Shown one piece after another: positions 19,005 through 27,925 of a stretch of DNA of 64,000 nucleotides. Numbering within the stretch: the stretch's first letter is position 1; every line of letters begins with the position of its first letter. The stretch is taken from positions 288,001 to 352,000 of the forward strand of contig CALSPG010000007.1 in NCBI GenBank assembly GCA_943788175.1. Direction: 5' to 3'. Both the position numbers and the translations under genes were made by a program. Source of the DNA: an uncultured bacterium (lineage in GTDB: Bacteria; Fidelibacterota; Marinisomatia; Marinisomatales; UBA1611). Under the pieces are notes generated by a model. That model worked only from the letters and a program-made list of their open reading frames with translations. It was not told the origin of the DNA and did not search any database.

Positions 19005-19907
19005 TTATCCTAGTCGTTGCCTTTTATTAAAATATTCACTTAAACCTTTATCAAGACTATCGTCAGTAAATAATGAAACATAATCTATTTTGTTAAGGCG
19101 ACAATTTCTCCTGTAATATTTTTGTATGTCTAATATTAAGTTTTTATAATCATTTTTTATATGCCAAGGATCTGTTGTTATTTCTTCATCAGATTCCATA
19201 TCAACGAATTTCGTCCTGCTATCAAATTCAAACTCTAATTCATTTCGATCAAGTATATGAAACAAGATAACTTCTTGTTTCTTGTGTCGAAAATGTTTTA
19301 GTCCATTTAAAACATTTTTAGGTTCATCTAACAGGTCAGAAATAATAATAACCAGACCACGTTTATTGATTCTTTCAGCCATTTGATGCAAAACAGACTC
19401 AATTTTTGTGTTATTCCCTGGCTCCGGAACATCTAATACATTTAAAAGTGTATTTAAATGGCTAGGGGTACTTTTTGGAGGTATAAAAGAACGAATTTTT
19501 TCATCGAATAAAACTACTCCAGCTGCATCTTGTTGACTAATCATTAGATAGGATAGTGCAGCAAGTAAATAGCTACCGTATTCTAATTTGGAAATTTTAT
19601 TACTTGTATATGACATAGATCTACTTGTATCCAAAATAAGATGCGTACGTAGGTTTGTTTCCTCTTCGTATCTTTTTACATATAGTCTATTTGTTTTACC
19701 ATATAATTTCCAGTCGATGTGCTTTACCTCATCTCCAGGTTCATAACTCCTGTGTTCTGAAAACTCAACACTAAATCCATGATAAGGGCTACGGTGTTGA
19801 CCAATTATATACCCTTCGACTACTAATTTGGCTTTCATTGATATTGAATTAAGCATTGCAACCATTTCGGGTTGCAAATATTTTTTCTTATCGTGTACTT
19901 GCGAAAT
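19005..19907 (-). CDS. DUF58 family (vWA-like) MoxR-associated protein
   Basis: 'GQHRSPYHGFSVEFSEHRSY.PGD...IDWK', 'YEEETN', 'DTSRS', 'ISDL'; start uncertain (ATT 19907, TTG 19877 or ATG 19865). Confidence 0.9.
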   Translation of the reverse strand: MSQVHDKKKYLQPEMVAMLNSISMKAKLVVEGYIIGQHRSPYHGFSVEFSEHRSYEPGDEVKHIDWKLYGKTNRLYVKRYEEETNLRTHLILDTSRSMSYTSNKISKLEYGSYLLAALSYLMISQQDAAGVVLFDEKIRSFIPPKSTPSHLNTLLNVLDVPEPGNNTKIESVLHQMAERINKRGLVIIISDLLDEPKNVLNGLKHFRHKKQEVILFHILDRNELEFEFDSRTKFVDMESDEEITTDPWHIKNDYKNLILDIQKYYRRNCRLNKIDYVSLFTDDSLDKGLSEYFNKRQRLG

Positions 19908-19908
19908 A

Positions 19909-20904
19909 TTAAGCCTCGATATTATTAATTAAGTGATTAACTATATCATCAATTTTTATACCTTCAGCCTCTGAGTTGAAATTTGGAAGGATTCGATGTC
20001 TTAAAATATCTGGAGCTATAGATTGAATGTCCTCTATGCTTGGAGTAGGTCGACCATCTAGAAGCGCTTTTGCTTTTGCTCCTAAAGCTAAATACTGAGA
20101 TGCTCTTGGACCAGCACCCCATTCAACCCATTGTTTAATATAGCTATCACTATCAACTTCATTTGGCCTCGTAGAAGCTGCTAGTTTAACAGCATAGCTT
20201 ACTACATTTTCAGAAATTGGAACTCGAAGAGTAAGATTCTGAAAATTAATAATAGATTCCTTTGAAAATACTTTTTTAATATTAGTATGATTATCAATAG
20301 TTGTCCGGTTAACAATTGAAATTTCTTCTTCAATTGTAGGGTAGCTTATATTTAAATGAAACATAAATCTATCTAGTTGAGCCTCTGGAAGTGGATAGGT
20401 ACCTTCTTGTTCAATCGGGTTTTGAGTAGCAAGTACAAAAAATGGTTCTTCTAATTCATATGTGTTTCCACCTGCTGTTACCTTATGTTCTTGCATAGCC
20501 TCTAATAGTGCTGATTGGGTCTTTGGTGGTGTTCTATTTATTTCATCAGCAAGAATAATATTTCCAAAAATTGGACCTTTGTAAAAACGAAAATTTCTTT
20601 TTCCGGATTCAGGATCTATATCAATTAATTCAGTCCCAGTAATATCACTCGGCATTAAGTCTGGTGTAAACTGAATTCGTTTAAAATTAAGATCACATAT
20701 TTCAGCCATAGACTTTATAAGAAGAGTCTTGGCTAATCCAGGCACACCAACTAACAAAGTATGCCCCCGGGTTAGGAGTGCAATTAACATTTGATCAAGC
20801 ACACTTTTTTGACCAATAATAACTTTTCCAATTTCATTTGAAAAGTTATTTTTGGCTTTTACAAGTTCTTCTAGTAATTCTGTATCATTTATCTTTTTGG
20901 ACAT
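19909..20904 (-). CDS. MoxR family AAA+ ATPase
   Basis: 'GVPGLAKT', 'RIQFTPDLMPSD', 'ADEINR', 'ATQNPIEQEGTYPLPEAQLDRF'. Confidence 0.95.
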   Translation of the reverse strand: MSKKINDTELLEELVKAKNNFSNEIGKVIIGQKSVLDQMLIALLTRGHTLLVGVPGLAKTLLIKSMAEICDLNFKRIQFTPDLMPSDITGTELIDIDPESGKRNFRFYKGPIFGNIILADEINRTPPKTQSALLEAMQEHKVTAGGNTYELEEPFFVLATQNPIEQEGTYPLPEAQLDRFMFHLNISYPTIEEEISIVNRTTIDNHTNIKKVFSKESIINFQNLTLRVPISENVVSYAVKLAASTRPNEVDSDSYIKQWVEWGAGPRASQYLALGAKAKALLDGRPTPSIEDIQSIAPDILRHRILPNFNSEAEGIKIDDIVNHLINNIEA

Positions 20905-21011
20905 TATATCTCTATTATTTTTGGTGTTAAATATTTGCGGTTAGAAACTTACTTTGATAAGTTAATTTCGGAAAGATAAATACGCTTATTTTTTAATTTA
21001 CAGGTAAACTT

Positions 21012-22046
21012 ATGAAAATAGATAAAACATCACTAATTGGAAAAAGTCTTGAAGACTTAGTTAAAATTTGTGAGGATAATAATCTTAAAAATTTTAGGGC
21101 TAAGCAATTGTTTAACTGGCTATATCGGAACAAAGTAAATGACTTTGATGATTTTAATAATTTACCAAAAGAGCTTATAACTTTCTTAAGGTCAGAATAT
21201 TGTATTCATCCTTTAACTTTTATTCGAGCAACTAAATCAACTTCAGAATTAACTAATAAGTTCTTATTTAAAACACAAAGTGGCGCTTTAATTGAATCCG
21301 TTTTAATGAATGATGATGATAGAATCACTCTGTGCCTGTCAACTCAGGTTGGTTGTGCATTAGATTGTAAGTTTTGCGCTACAGCAAAAATGGGATTTAA
21401 AGAAAACTTAAATCCTGGAGAAATAGTTGATCAATATCTTATGATCAGTCAAAAAATAAATAAACAAATAACTAATATAGTTTTTATGGGAATGGGAGAG
21501 CCCTTCCTCAATTATCGGAATGTTATCAAAGCTGCTCATCTTTTACACAATCCTAATGGTATTAATATGGGATATAAACGAATTACAATATCAACTGCTG
21601 GTGTCATTAGTAAGATTGAAAAGTTTACTAAAGAAAAAGAAAAGTTTAAACTAGCTATCAGTTTAAATGGGACGACAAATGAACAAAGAAAAGCGATTAT
21701 GCCAATTACAAAAAAAAATGCCTTGGTTGATTTATTAGATGCTTCAAAAAAATATACTGAGCAATCTAATACTTGGCTAACCTTTGAATATGTTTTGCTT
21801 AAAGAGTGTAATGATAGTATAGAGGACGCTGCCAGGTTAATTAAACTTTTATATGATATTAAAAAATGTAAATTAAATGTTATTCCTTATAATGAAACAG
21901 ACGGTGAGTTCCAGAGGCCTGAACAAAGTAAAATTCGTTCTTTTATGTCAAAATTAAGGTCTGCTCCTTTTCCAGTTACTATCCGATGGAGTAAAGGAAC
22001 TGATATTGATGCTGGTTGTGGACAGTTAGCGGTGAGCGATAGTTAA
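21012..22046 (+). CDS. rlmN: 23S rRNA (adenine-2503-C2) methyltransferase, radical SAM
   Basis: 'CLSTQVGCALDCKFC' CxxxCxxC, 'MGMGEP', terminal 'DIDAGCGQL'. Confidence 0.95.
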   Translation: MKIDKTSLIGKSLEDLVKICEDNNLKNFRAKQLFNWLYRNKVNDFDDFNNLPKELITFLRSEYCIHPLTFIRATKSTSELTNKFLFKTQSGALIESVLMNDDDRITLCLSTQVGCALDCKFCATAKMGFKENLNPGEIVDQYLMISQKINKQITNIVFMGMGEPFLNYRNVIKAAHLLHNPNGINMGYKRITISTAGVISKIEKFTKEKEKFKLAISLNGTTNEQRKAIMPITKKNALVDLLDASKKYTEQSNTWLTFEYVLLKECNDSIEDAARLIKLLYDIKKCKLNVIPYNETDGEFQRPEQSKIRSFMSKLRSAPFPVTIRWSKGTDIDAGCGQLAVSDS

Positions 22047-22063
22047 AAAATGTATATTTATAA

Positions 22064-22846
22064 GTGTTGATAAATAAAATAAACAGTATCCTCAAGTTTG
22101 ATGGAAACATTGGAATTGTCCTTGGATCTGGCCTTGATCATGTAGTAGACAAGTTGACTAATAAAAGGACTTTACCATTTAAAAAAATATCGACATTCCC
22201 CATCTCTAAAGTTGATGGTCATAAAGGAGAATTTATTTCAGGATATATTGGAGACAGGCATGTTTTGGTTGCGAGAGGAAGGTTACATTATTATGAAGGT
22301 ATGAACTTAGAAAGTGTCTCATTACCAATTAAAGTCTTCCATCAATTAGGAATAAAAAAAGTAATCATAACAAATTCATCTGGGAGTTTAAAATTAAAAA
22401 ATTATCCAGGCTCTATTATGTTGATAAAAGGTCATTTTGATTTTACTTTTTTATCAAACAGTTCATTGCCTAAACTAAAATGTGGAGAAAAATATTATAA
22501 TCAAGAAATGATTAATATAGCTTTATCAGTAGCAAAAAAAAATGATATGAACCTTTTAGAGGGGAACTATTGTTGGATGCCTGGGCCAGCATATGAGACA
22601 CCTGCAGAGATTAAATTCTTAAAAAATTTAGGGGGCGATGCAGTGGGGATGAGTACAGTTCCTGAGATCGAATATGCTAAAGAATTAAACATGGATGTTT
22701 TAGTCTTTTCAGTTTTGACAAATTTTGCTGCAGGATTAGATAACAGATTATTAAAACACGAAGACGTGTTAGCTAGCGCCAAAAAGGTAGAAAATGACTT
22801 TGGGCGATTAATTATACAAACTATAAATCATATTGGTATAAAATGA
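22064..22846 (+). CDS. punA: Purine-nucleoside phosphorylase (trimeric PNP type)
   Basis: 'IVLGSGL', 'GH.G', 'GRLHYYEG', 'GPAYETPAE', 'AVGMSTVPE', 'TNFAAG'. Confidence 0.88.
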   Translation: MLINKINSILKFDGNIGIVLGSGLDHVVDKLTNKRTLPFKKISTFPISKVDGHKGEFISGYIGDRHVLVARGRLHYYEGMNLESVSLPIKVFHQLGIKKVIITNSSGSLKLKNYPGSIMLIKGHFDFTFLSNSSLPKLKCGEKYYNQEMINIALSVAKKNDMNLLEGNYCWMPGPAYETPAEIKFLKNLGGDAVGMSTVPEIEYAKELNMDVLVFSVLTNFAAGLDNRLLKHEDVLASAKKVENDFGRLIIQTINHIGIK

Positions 22847-24009
22847 AAATTAATATTAGAAAAGAAATTGCAGGATTATCTGATGAAATATATTATTACA
22901 GAAGGCATTTCCATAAGTATCCAGAACTAAGTTTTAAAGAGTTTAAAACGGCAGAAACTATTTCTAAATATTTAAAAGACTTTGGAATAAAACATAAAAA
23001 AAATGTAGGTAAAACTGGTGTCGTTGGTGAAATATATTTTGGGCCTGGGCCGACAATTGCATTAAGAGCAGATATGGATGCACTTCCAATGCAAGAAAAA
23101 GGTTCTTTAGATTATAAGTCAAGAAATGATGGAGTAATGCATGCATGTGGGCACGATGGACATATGGCAATTTTGTTGGGAGTAGCTAAGTCTTTATCAA
23201 AAAACAATAGAATAAAAAAAGGAACAGTAAAGTTTATTTTTCAGCCAGCAGAGGAGGGTGGAGGTGGCGCAAGGTACATGATTGAGGATGGTTGTTTAAA
23301 TGGTGTGGATGAAATATATGGGTTACATCTTTGGAACTATCAAAAATATGGTGAAGTAGGTTTGAAAACCGGTGCAGTAATGGCATCTGCTGATATATTT
23401 GAAATAGAAATCTTAGGAAAAGGTGGACATGGTGCGGCTCCGCAAGGAACGGTAGATGCAATTGTTGTAGCGAGCCACCTCATAAATATCTTACAAACCG
23501 TTGTTAGTAGAAATACAGACCCATTAGAAAATACTGTCCTGACTATAGGTAAAATAAAAGGTGGTGAAAATTTTAACGTTATATCTGATAATGTAATTAT
23601 GCATGGAACTACGCGAGCATATTCAGAGAAAAATCGGCAAATGATTAAAAAAAGAATGGAAGAAATAATTGAAGGTATTTCAAATTCATTCAATGCTATA
23701 ATTAAAATAAAATATAAAGAGGGATATCCGCCTACGGTCAATCATGACTTGCCTGTAAAAAATGTTTTACTAGCTGCAAAAGATATAGTTGGAGATCAAG
23801 CGAAATCACCCTATTTATCTATGGGAGGTGAAGACTTTTCATATTATTTACAAAAAATACCCGGATGTTTTTTCTTTGTAGGATCTGCTCCTGAAAAAAA
23901 TGATATTTTATCAACACCTCACCACTGCTCCCATTTTGACATTGATGAAAGGTCTCTTTTAGTAGGTGCCTCTGTTTATTTAAACCTTATAGAAAACTCA
24001 TTTAAATAA
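22843..24009 (+). CDS. M20 family amidohydrolase
   Basis: 'RRHFHKYPELSFKE', 'ALRADMDALP', 'MHACGHDGH', 'FQPAEE', 'GGEDFSYY'. Confidence 0.92.
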   Translation: MKINIRKEIAGLSDEIYYYRRHFHKYPELSFKEFKTAETISKYLKDFGIKHKKNVGKTGVVGEIYFGPGPTIALRADMDALPMQEKGSLDYKSRNDGVMHACGHDGHMAILLGVAKSLSKNNRIKKGTVKFIFQPAEEGGGGARYMIEDGCLNGVDEIYGLHLWNYQKYGEVGLKTGAVMASADIFEIEILGKGGHGAAPQGTVDAIVVASHLINILQTVVSRNTDPLENTVLTIGKIKGGENFNVISDNVIMHGTTRAYSEKNRQMIKKRMEEIIEGISNSFNAIIKIKYKEGYPPTVNHDLPVKNVLLAAKDIVGDQAKSPYLSMGGEDFSYYLQKIPGCFFFVGSAPEKNDILSTPHHCSHFDIDERSLLVGASVYLNLIENSFK

Positions 24010-24011
24010 AA

Positions 24012-24902
24012 ATGTTATATCTTATCCTAGCTTTTTTGCCCTTATTTATAAATGGGCAAGTGTTGACTAGTGATTTATCAGATGTCCTTAATTCAAATGG
24101 TTTGTTAATAAAATATTTAAAAGAAGAGTCCATTCCATTTAATGGGGATGTCTTCAACTATTATCCCAATGGCCAAAAAGAATTACAAGGTATTTATTTT
24201 AAAGGTATGAAGAATGGCAGATGGGTTTGGTGGTATCCAAATGGTAAAAAGCATAAAATTGGATTTTATGCTAACTCTATTGAGGACAATATATGGCAGT
24301 GGTGGTTTTCAAATGGGCAATTAATGAGACGAGGGTCTTATAAAGATGGTAAAAAAGAAGGTCGATGGAGCGAATGGAGTGAAGAAGGGGAATTAGCTTA
24401 TTCTTTTGGATATATTGATGATAAAGAGAATGGTAAATGTATTACCCGGTTTAAAAATGGGAAAAAACAATCAGAAGTTTTATATAATTATGGAATAAAA
24501 AGTGGCATAGAAAAAAGTTGGGACCAAAAAGGAAATCCGATTTACGAAAATAATTGGAAGGATGGATTGCGAGATGGAGCTCAAATAATTTGGGGTAAAA
24601 GTGGATTAATTTTACATAAACACAGATATTCAAGAGGTGTTTTGCATGGTGAGTTTATAGAATATTATGATAATGGACAAAAATCAATCACTGGCAATTA
24701 TAGGTTTGGGAAGAAACATGGGCCTTGGACCTATAGTTATAAAGATGGTGTTGTTGCATTGAGCGGTAAATATAGTAAAGGTACCCCTAAAGGGTCATGG
24801 TTTTGGATCCGAGCTAATAAATCTGAAATGGTTAATGTTGATACTCCAGAAACAAGTTGGGTAAACAAAAGAATTCGTGAGTGGGAAAAAGTATATAATT
24901 AA
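24012..24902 (+). CDS. Exported MORN-variant repeat protein (YwqK-like)
   Basis: Signal peptide ending ING|Q; tandem 'YYxNGxxxxxGxYxxGxxxGxW' repeats. Confidence 0.8.
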   Translation: MLYLILAFLPLFINGQVLTSDLSDVLNSNGLLIKYLKEESIPFNGDVFNYYPNGQKELQGIYFKGMKNGRWVWWYPNGKKHKIGFYANSIEDNIWQWWFSNGQLMRRGSYKDGKKEGRWSEWSEEGELAYSFGYIDDKENGKCITRFKNGKKQSEVLYNYGIKSGIEKSWDQKGNPIYENNWKDGLRDGAQIIWGKSGLILHKHRYSRGVLHGEFIEYYDNGQKSITGNYRFGKKHGPWTYSYKDGVVALSGKYSKGTPKGSWFWIRANKSEMVNVDTPETSWVNKRIREWEKVYN

Positions 24903-26584
24903 TACCCTATTGCGGCAGTTTCATCCCTACAGTCTCCACCGCCATATAAGCCGTCATCTCTAATTATAATTCCGTTTGCAACACCCATATATCCGTAAGT
25001 TTTTATGATATGACCCCGCAATTTTAAGTCCTCAACTATATCCACAGATAATCCATTAGGTTCGATAAAAACAGTATTTTCAGGAAGCCATTGATGATGA
25101 ATTCTTGGTGCGCAGACTGCTTCTTTAATATTCATATCATGAATTAGTACATTTAAAATACATTGTAGCACTGTTGTAATAATTTTGGAACCTCCAGGTG
25201 AACCAATGGTCATTATTGGATATCCATCATAAATGAGTATTGTAGGAGTCATCGAACTGAGTGGCCGTTTATTTGGCTCAATTGCATTGGCCTCGCTACC
25301 AACCAACCCCCAAAAGTTTGGTGTTCCAGGTTTAATTGAAAAATCATCCATTTCATTATTTAAGAAAAAGCCAGCACCTGAAACGACATGTTTATTCCCA
25401 AAGTTTTGGTTTAATGTAGTAGTTACTGCCACAGCATTTCCTTCACTATCTACAACGGAATAATGAGTTGTTTCATTGCTCTCAGTGTCTTCATAATTAC
25501 CTGGATGAACCTCTTTGCTTGGAGTATGAGTTTTCATTGATATATCATCTATTCTACTAGCTGCATAAGACTTTGATAAAAATAGATTTCTTGGGTTCTT
25601 CCAAAAATCAGGATCGCCAAGATGCTGAGCTCTATCTGCGTACGCTCGTTTGGCTACTTCAGTTAATAGATGTATATAGTCCGTAGAGTTCCAACCAAGA
25701 GTATCTAAATGAAAGTTTTCTAATGCATTTAGCATATGAATAAGTAGGAGACCTCCAGAACTAGGTGGGCCCATTGAGATTACTTCAATATCTCTAAAAG
25801 TTCCAATGACTGGTTCACGATAGACAGGAGAATAATTTGTAAGGTCATTTTTTGAAATGTGTCCATTCCCTTTCGCCATCTCGCTTATTATCATTTTTGC
25901 AGTAGTACCTTCATAAAATCCATCTATTCCAAATTTCGATATTCGTTTTAATGTTTTTGATAAATCTTTTTGAATAAAAAGATCATCTTTTTCCCAGGGT
26001 TGACCATCTTGGCGGATGAATATTTTTGCAGCGGCCGCATTTAACTTAAAGACTTCTTTGTAGCTGTTAAATAAATCTGCTCGACGCTTTGATAATAAAA
26101 AGCCTTTTTCAGCTAATTTTATTGCTGGTGCCAGTAATTGTTGTATTCGAATGTTTCCAGAGCCATGATCTCTCCAAGCGCTTAATAACCCGTGTACTGT
26201 CCCAGGTACACCACTAGAAGACCTTGAGGTCAAGGACATATTGGGTACAACTGAACCCTCTTGATCTAAAAACATATCCCTATTTGAACTTGAGGGGGCT
26301 TTTTCTCTGTGATCTTGTGAAAAGATTTTACCATATGATGTCGCTCCTACCATAAACCCTCCACCACCTAAATTACCATTTTCCGGTGAGGTAACAGCTA
26401 GTGCAAAGCCAACTGCAACAGCAGCATCAACAGCATTACCACCTTTTTCTAGTATTTTAACTCCTGCTTTAGAAGCCTTCTTATTAAGGGAAACGACCAT
26501 TCCATTTTTAGCATATATTGGATCTGGAGAAGCTGTTTTAGCATACGCTAAAAGTAGAGGCAAAAGACAAAAATATTTATACAT
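24899..26584 (-). CDS. ggt: Gamma-glutamyltransferase
   Basis: 'GGNAVDAAVA', 'GVPGTV', autoprocessing 'ETTHYSVVD', 'LNNEMDDF', 'KRPLSSMTP', 'GSPGGS'. Confidence 0.95.
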   Translation of the reverse strand: MYKYFCLLPLLLAYAKTASPDPIYAKNGMVVSLNKKASKAGVKILEKGGNAVDAAVAVGFALAVTSPENGNLGGGGFMVGATSYGKIFSQDHREKAPSSSNRDMFLDQEGSVVPNMSLTSRSSSGVPGTVHGLLSAWRDHGSGNIRIQQLLAPAIKLAEKGFLLSKRRADLFNSYKEVFKLNAAAAKIFIRQDGQPWEKDDLFIQKDLSKTLKRISKFGIDGFYEGTTAKMIISEMAKGNGHISKNDLTNYSPVYREPVIGTFRDIEVISMGPPSSGGLLLIHMLNALENFHLDTLGWNSTDYIHLLTEVAKRAYADRAQHLGDPDFWKNPRNLFLSKSYAASRIDDISMKTHTPSKEVHPGNYEDTESNETTHYSVVDSEGNAVAVTTTLNQNFGNKHVVSGAGFFLNNEMDDFSIKPGTPNFWGLVGSEANAIEPNKRPLSSMTPTILIYDGYPIMTIGSPGGSKIITTVLQCILNVLIHDMNIKEAVCAPRIHHQWLPENTVFIEPNGLSVDIVEDLKLRGHIIKTYGYMGVANGIIIRDDGLYGGGDCRDETAAIGY

Positions 26585-26599
26585 GATTGAAAAGGAGTA

Positions 26600-27925
26600 C
26601 TAAAGTAGACTTGATTGAATTATGTTTAAAACATTTTCTAAAGAGGTTCTATCTTGTTTCTGACTATCTCTATATCTGATAGTGATGGTACCATCATCCA
26701 TAGTTTGATGATCTACAGTGATTCCATATGGCGTTCCAGCTTCATCTTGCCTGTAATACCGTTTTCCAATTGAACCTTGTTGATCATATAAAACATTAAA
26801 ATGAGGCTTCAATGTATCTACAATTAATCGAGCTTTTTCTGGTAGTCCGTCTTTTTTAACCAAAGGGCAAACCACAGCTTTAATTGGAGCAATTTTTGGG
26901 TGAAGCTTCATTACTATCCGATTATTCTCTGTGTCTTCCCAATATGAATCTGCTAGAACTGTAAGGAGCATTCTATTTAAACCAGCTGATGTTTCAATAA
27001 TATATGGTAAATATCTATCATTATTTTCCTGATCAAAATATTTTAAATTTTTTCCTGAGTGATGTTCGTGATTTTTTAAATCAAAATCTGTTCTATTATG
27101 AATTCCTTCAACTTCAGACCAGCCAAAAGGGAAATTATATTCAATGTCCCATGCTTCTTTGGCATAGTGCGCTAATTCATTTTTTTCATGCTTATGAAAT
27201 CTTAAATTTTTAGAAGAAACCCCTAAAGTATTTGTGTAAAATTTTATGCGTTTTTCTTTCCACTCTTCCATGGCTTTATCATCATCACCTGGCTTTGTAA
27301 AATATTGCATCTCCATTTGTTCAAACTCTCTAGTTCGAAAAATAAAATTCCTTGCAATTATTTCATTTCGGAATGCTTTACCAATCTGAGCAATCCCAAA
27401 CGGAATTTTCATTCGGGTAGAACCTTGTACTAATTTATAATTGACATAAATACCTTGAGCTGTTTCTGGTCTTAAATAGGCAGTTGAGCCTGAATCTTCT
27501 AAAGCGCCTACTTCAGTTTTAAACATTAAGTTGAATTGTCTAGGTGGAGTCATCTTTCCAGTAGTGCCACATTTAGGACATTTAAATTTATCCCATTCTT
27601 CATTTTCTAAATTTTCAGTTAATTCATCTGCACGGTATCTCGATTTACATTGTTTACAATCTACTAATGGATCGTGGAATTCGCCTATATGACCTGATGC
27701 TTCCCAAATTTTTGGATGCATTAAGATTCCACTATCTAACCCAACAATATTTTCATGGTTTCTAGTCATTTCTTTCCACCAATAATTTGCAATATTATTT
27801 TTTAATTCAACGCCAAGTGGACCATAATCATAAACGGCACCAAATCCACCATAAATATCTGAACTTTGATAAACAAATCCACGCTGCTTACATAGTGAAA
27901 CTATTTTTTCTATAGTTTTATTCAT
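26600..27925 (-). CDS. glyQS: Glycine--tRNA ligase, dimeric (alpha2) type
   Basis: 'YDYGPLG', 'YLRPETAQG', 'GKAFRNEI', 'REFEQME', 'IGKRYYRQDEAGTP'. Confidence 0.96.
   Translation of the reverse strand: MNKTIEKIVSLCKQRGFVYQSSDIYGGFGAVYDYGPLGVELKNNIANYWWKEMTRNHENIVGLDSGILMHPKIWEASGHIGEFHDPLVDCKQCKSRYRADELTENLENEEWDKFKCPKCGTTGKMTPPRQFNLMFKTEVGALEDSGSTAYLRPETAQGIYVNYKLVQGSTRMKIPFGIAQIGKAFRNEIIARNFIFRTREFEQMEMQYFTKPGDDDKAMEEWKEKRIKFYTNTLGVSSKNLRFHKHEKNELAHYAKEAWDIEYNFPFGWSEVEGIHNRTDFDLKNHEHHSGKNLKYFDQENNDRYLPYIIETSAGLNRMLLTVLADSYWEDTENNRIVMKLHPKIAPIKAVVCPLVKKDGLPEKARLIVDTLKPHFNVLYDQQGSIGKRYYRQDEAGTPYGITVDHQTMDDGTITIRYRDSQKQDRTSLENVLNIIQSSLL

Noticed and set aside
24012-24902. YwqK-type antitoxin of a toxin-antitoxin pair
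   Set aside because: Only generic MORN-variant repeats with a signal peptide; neighbours are an amidohydrolase and ggt, with no toxin gene
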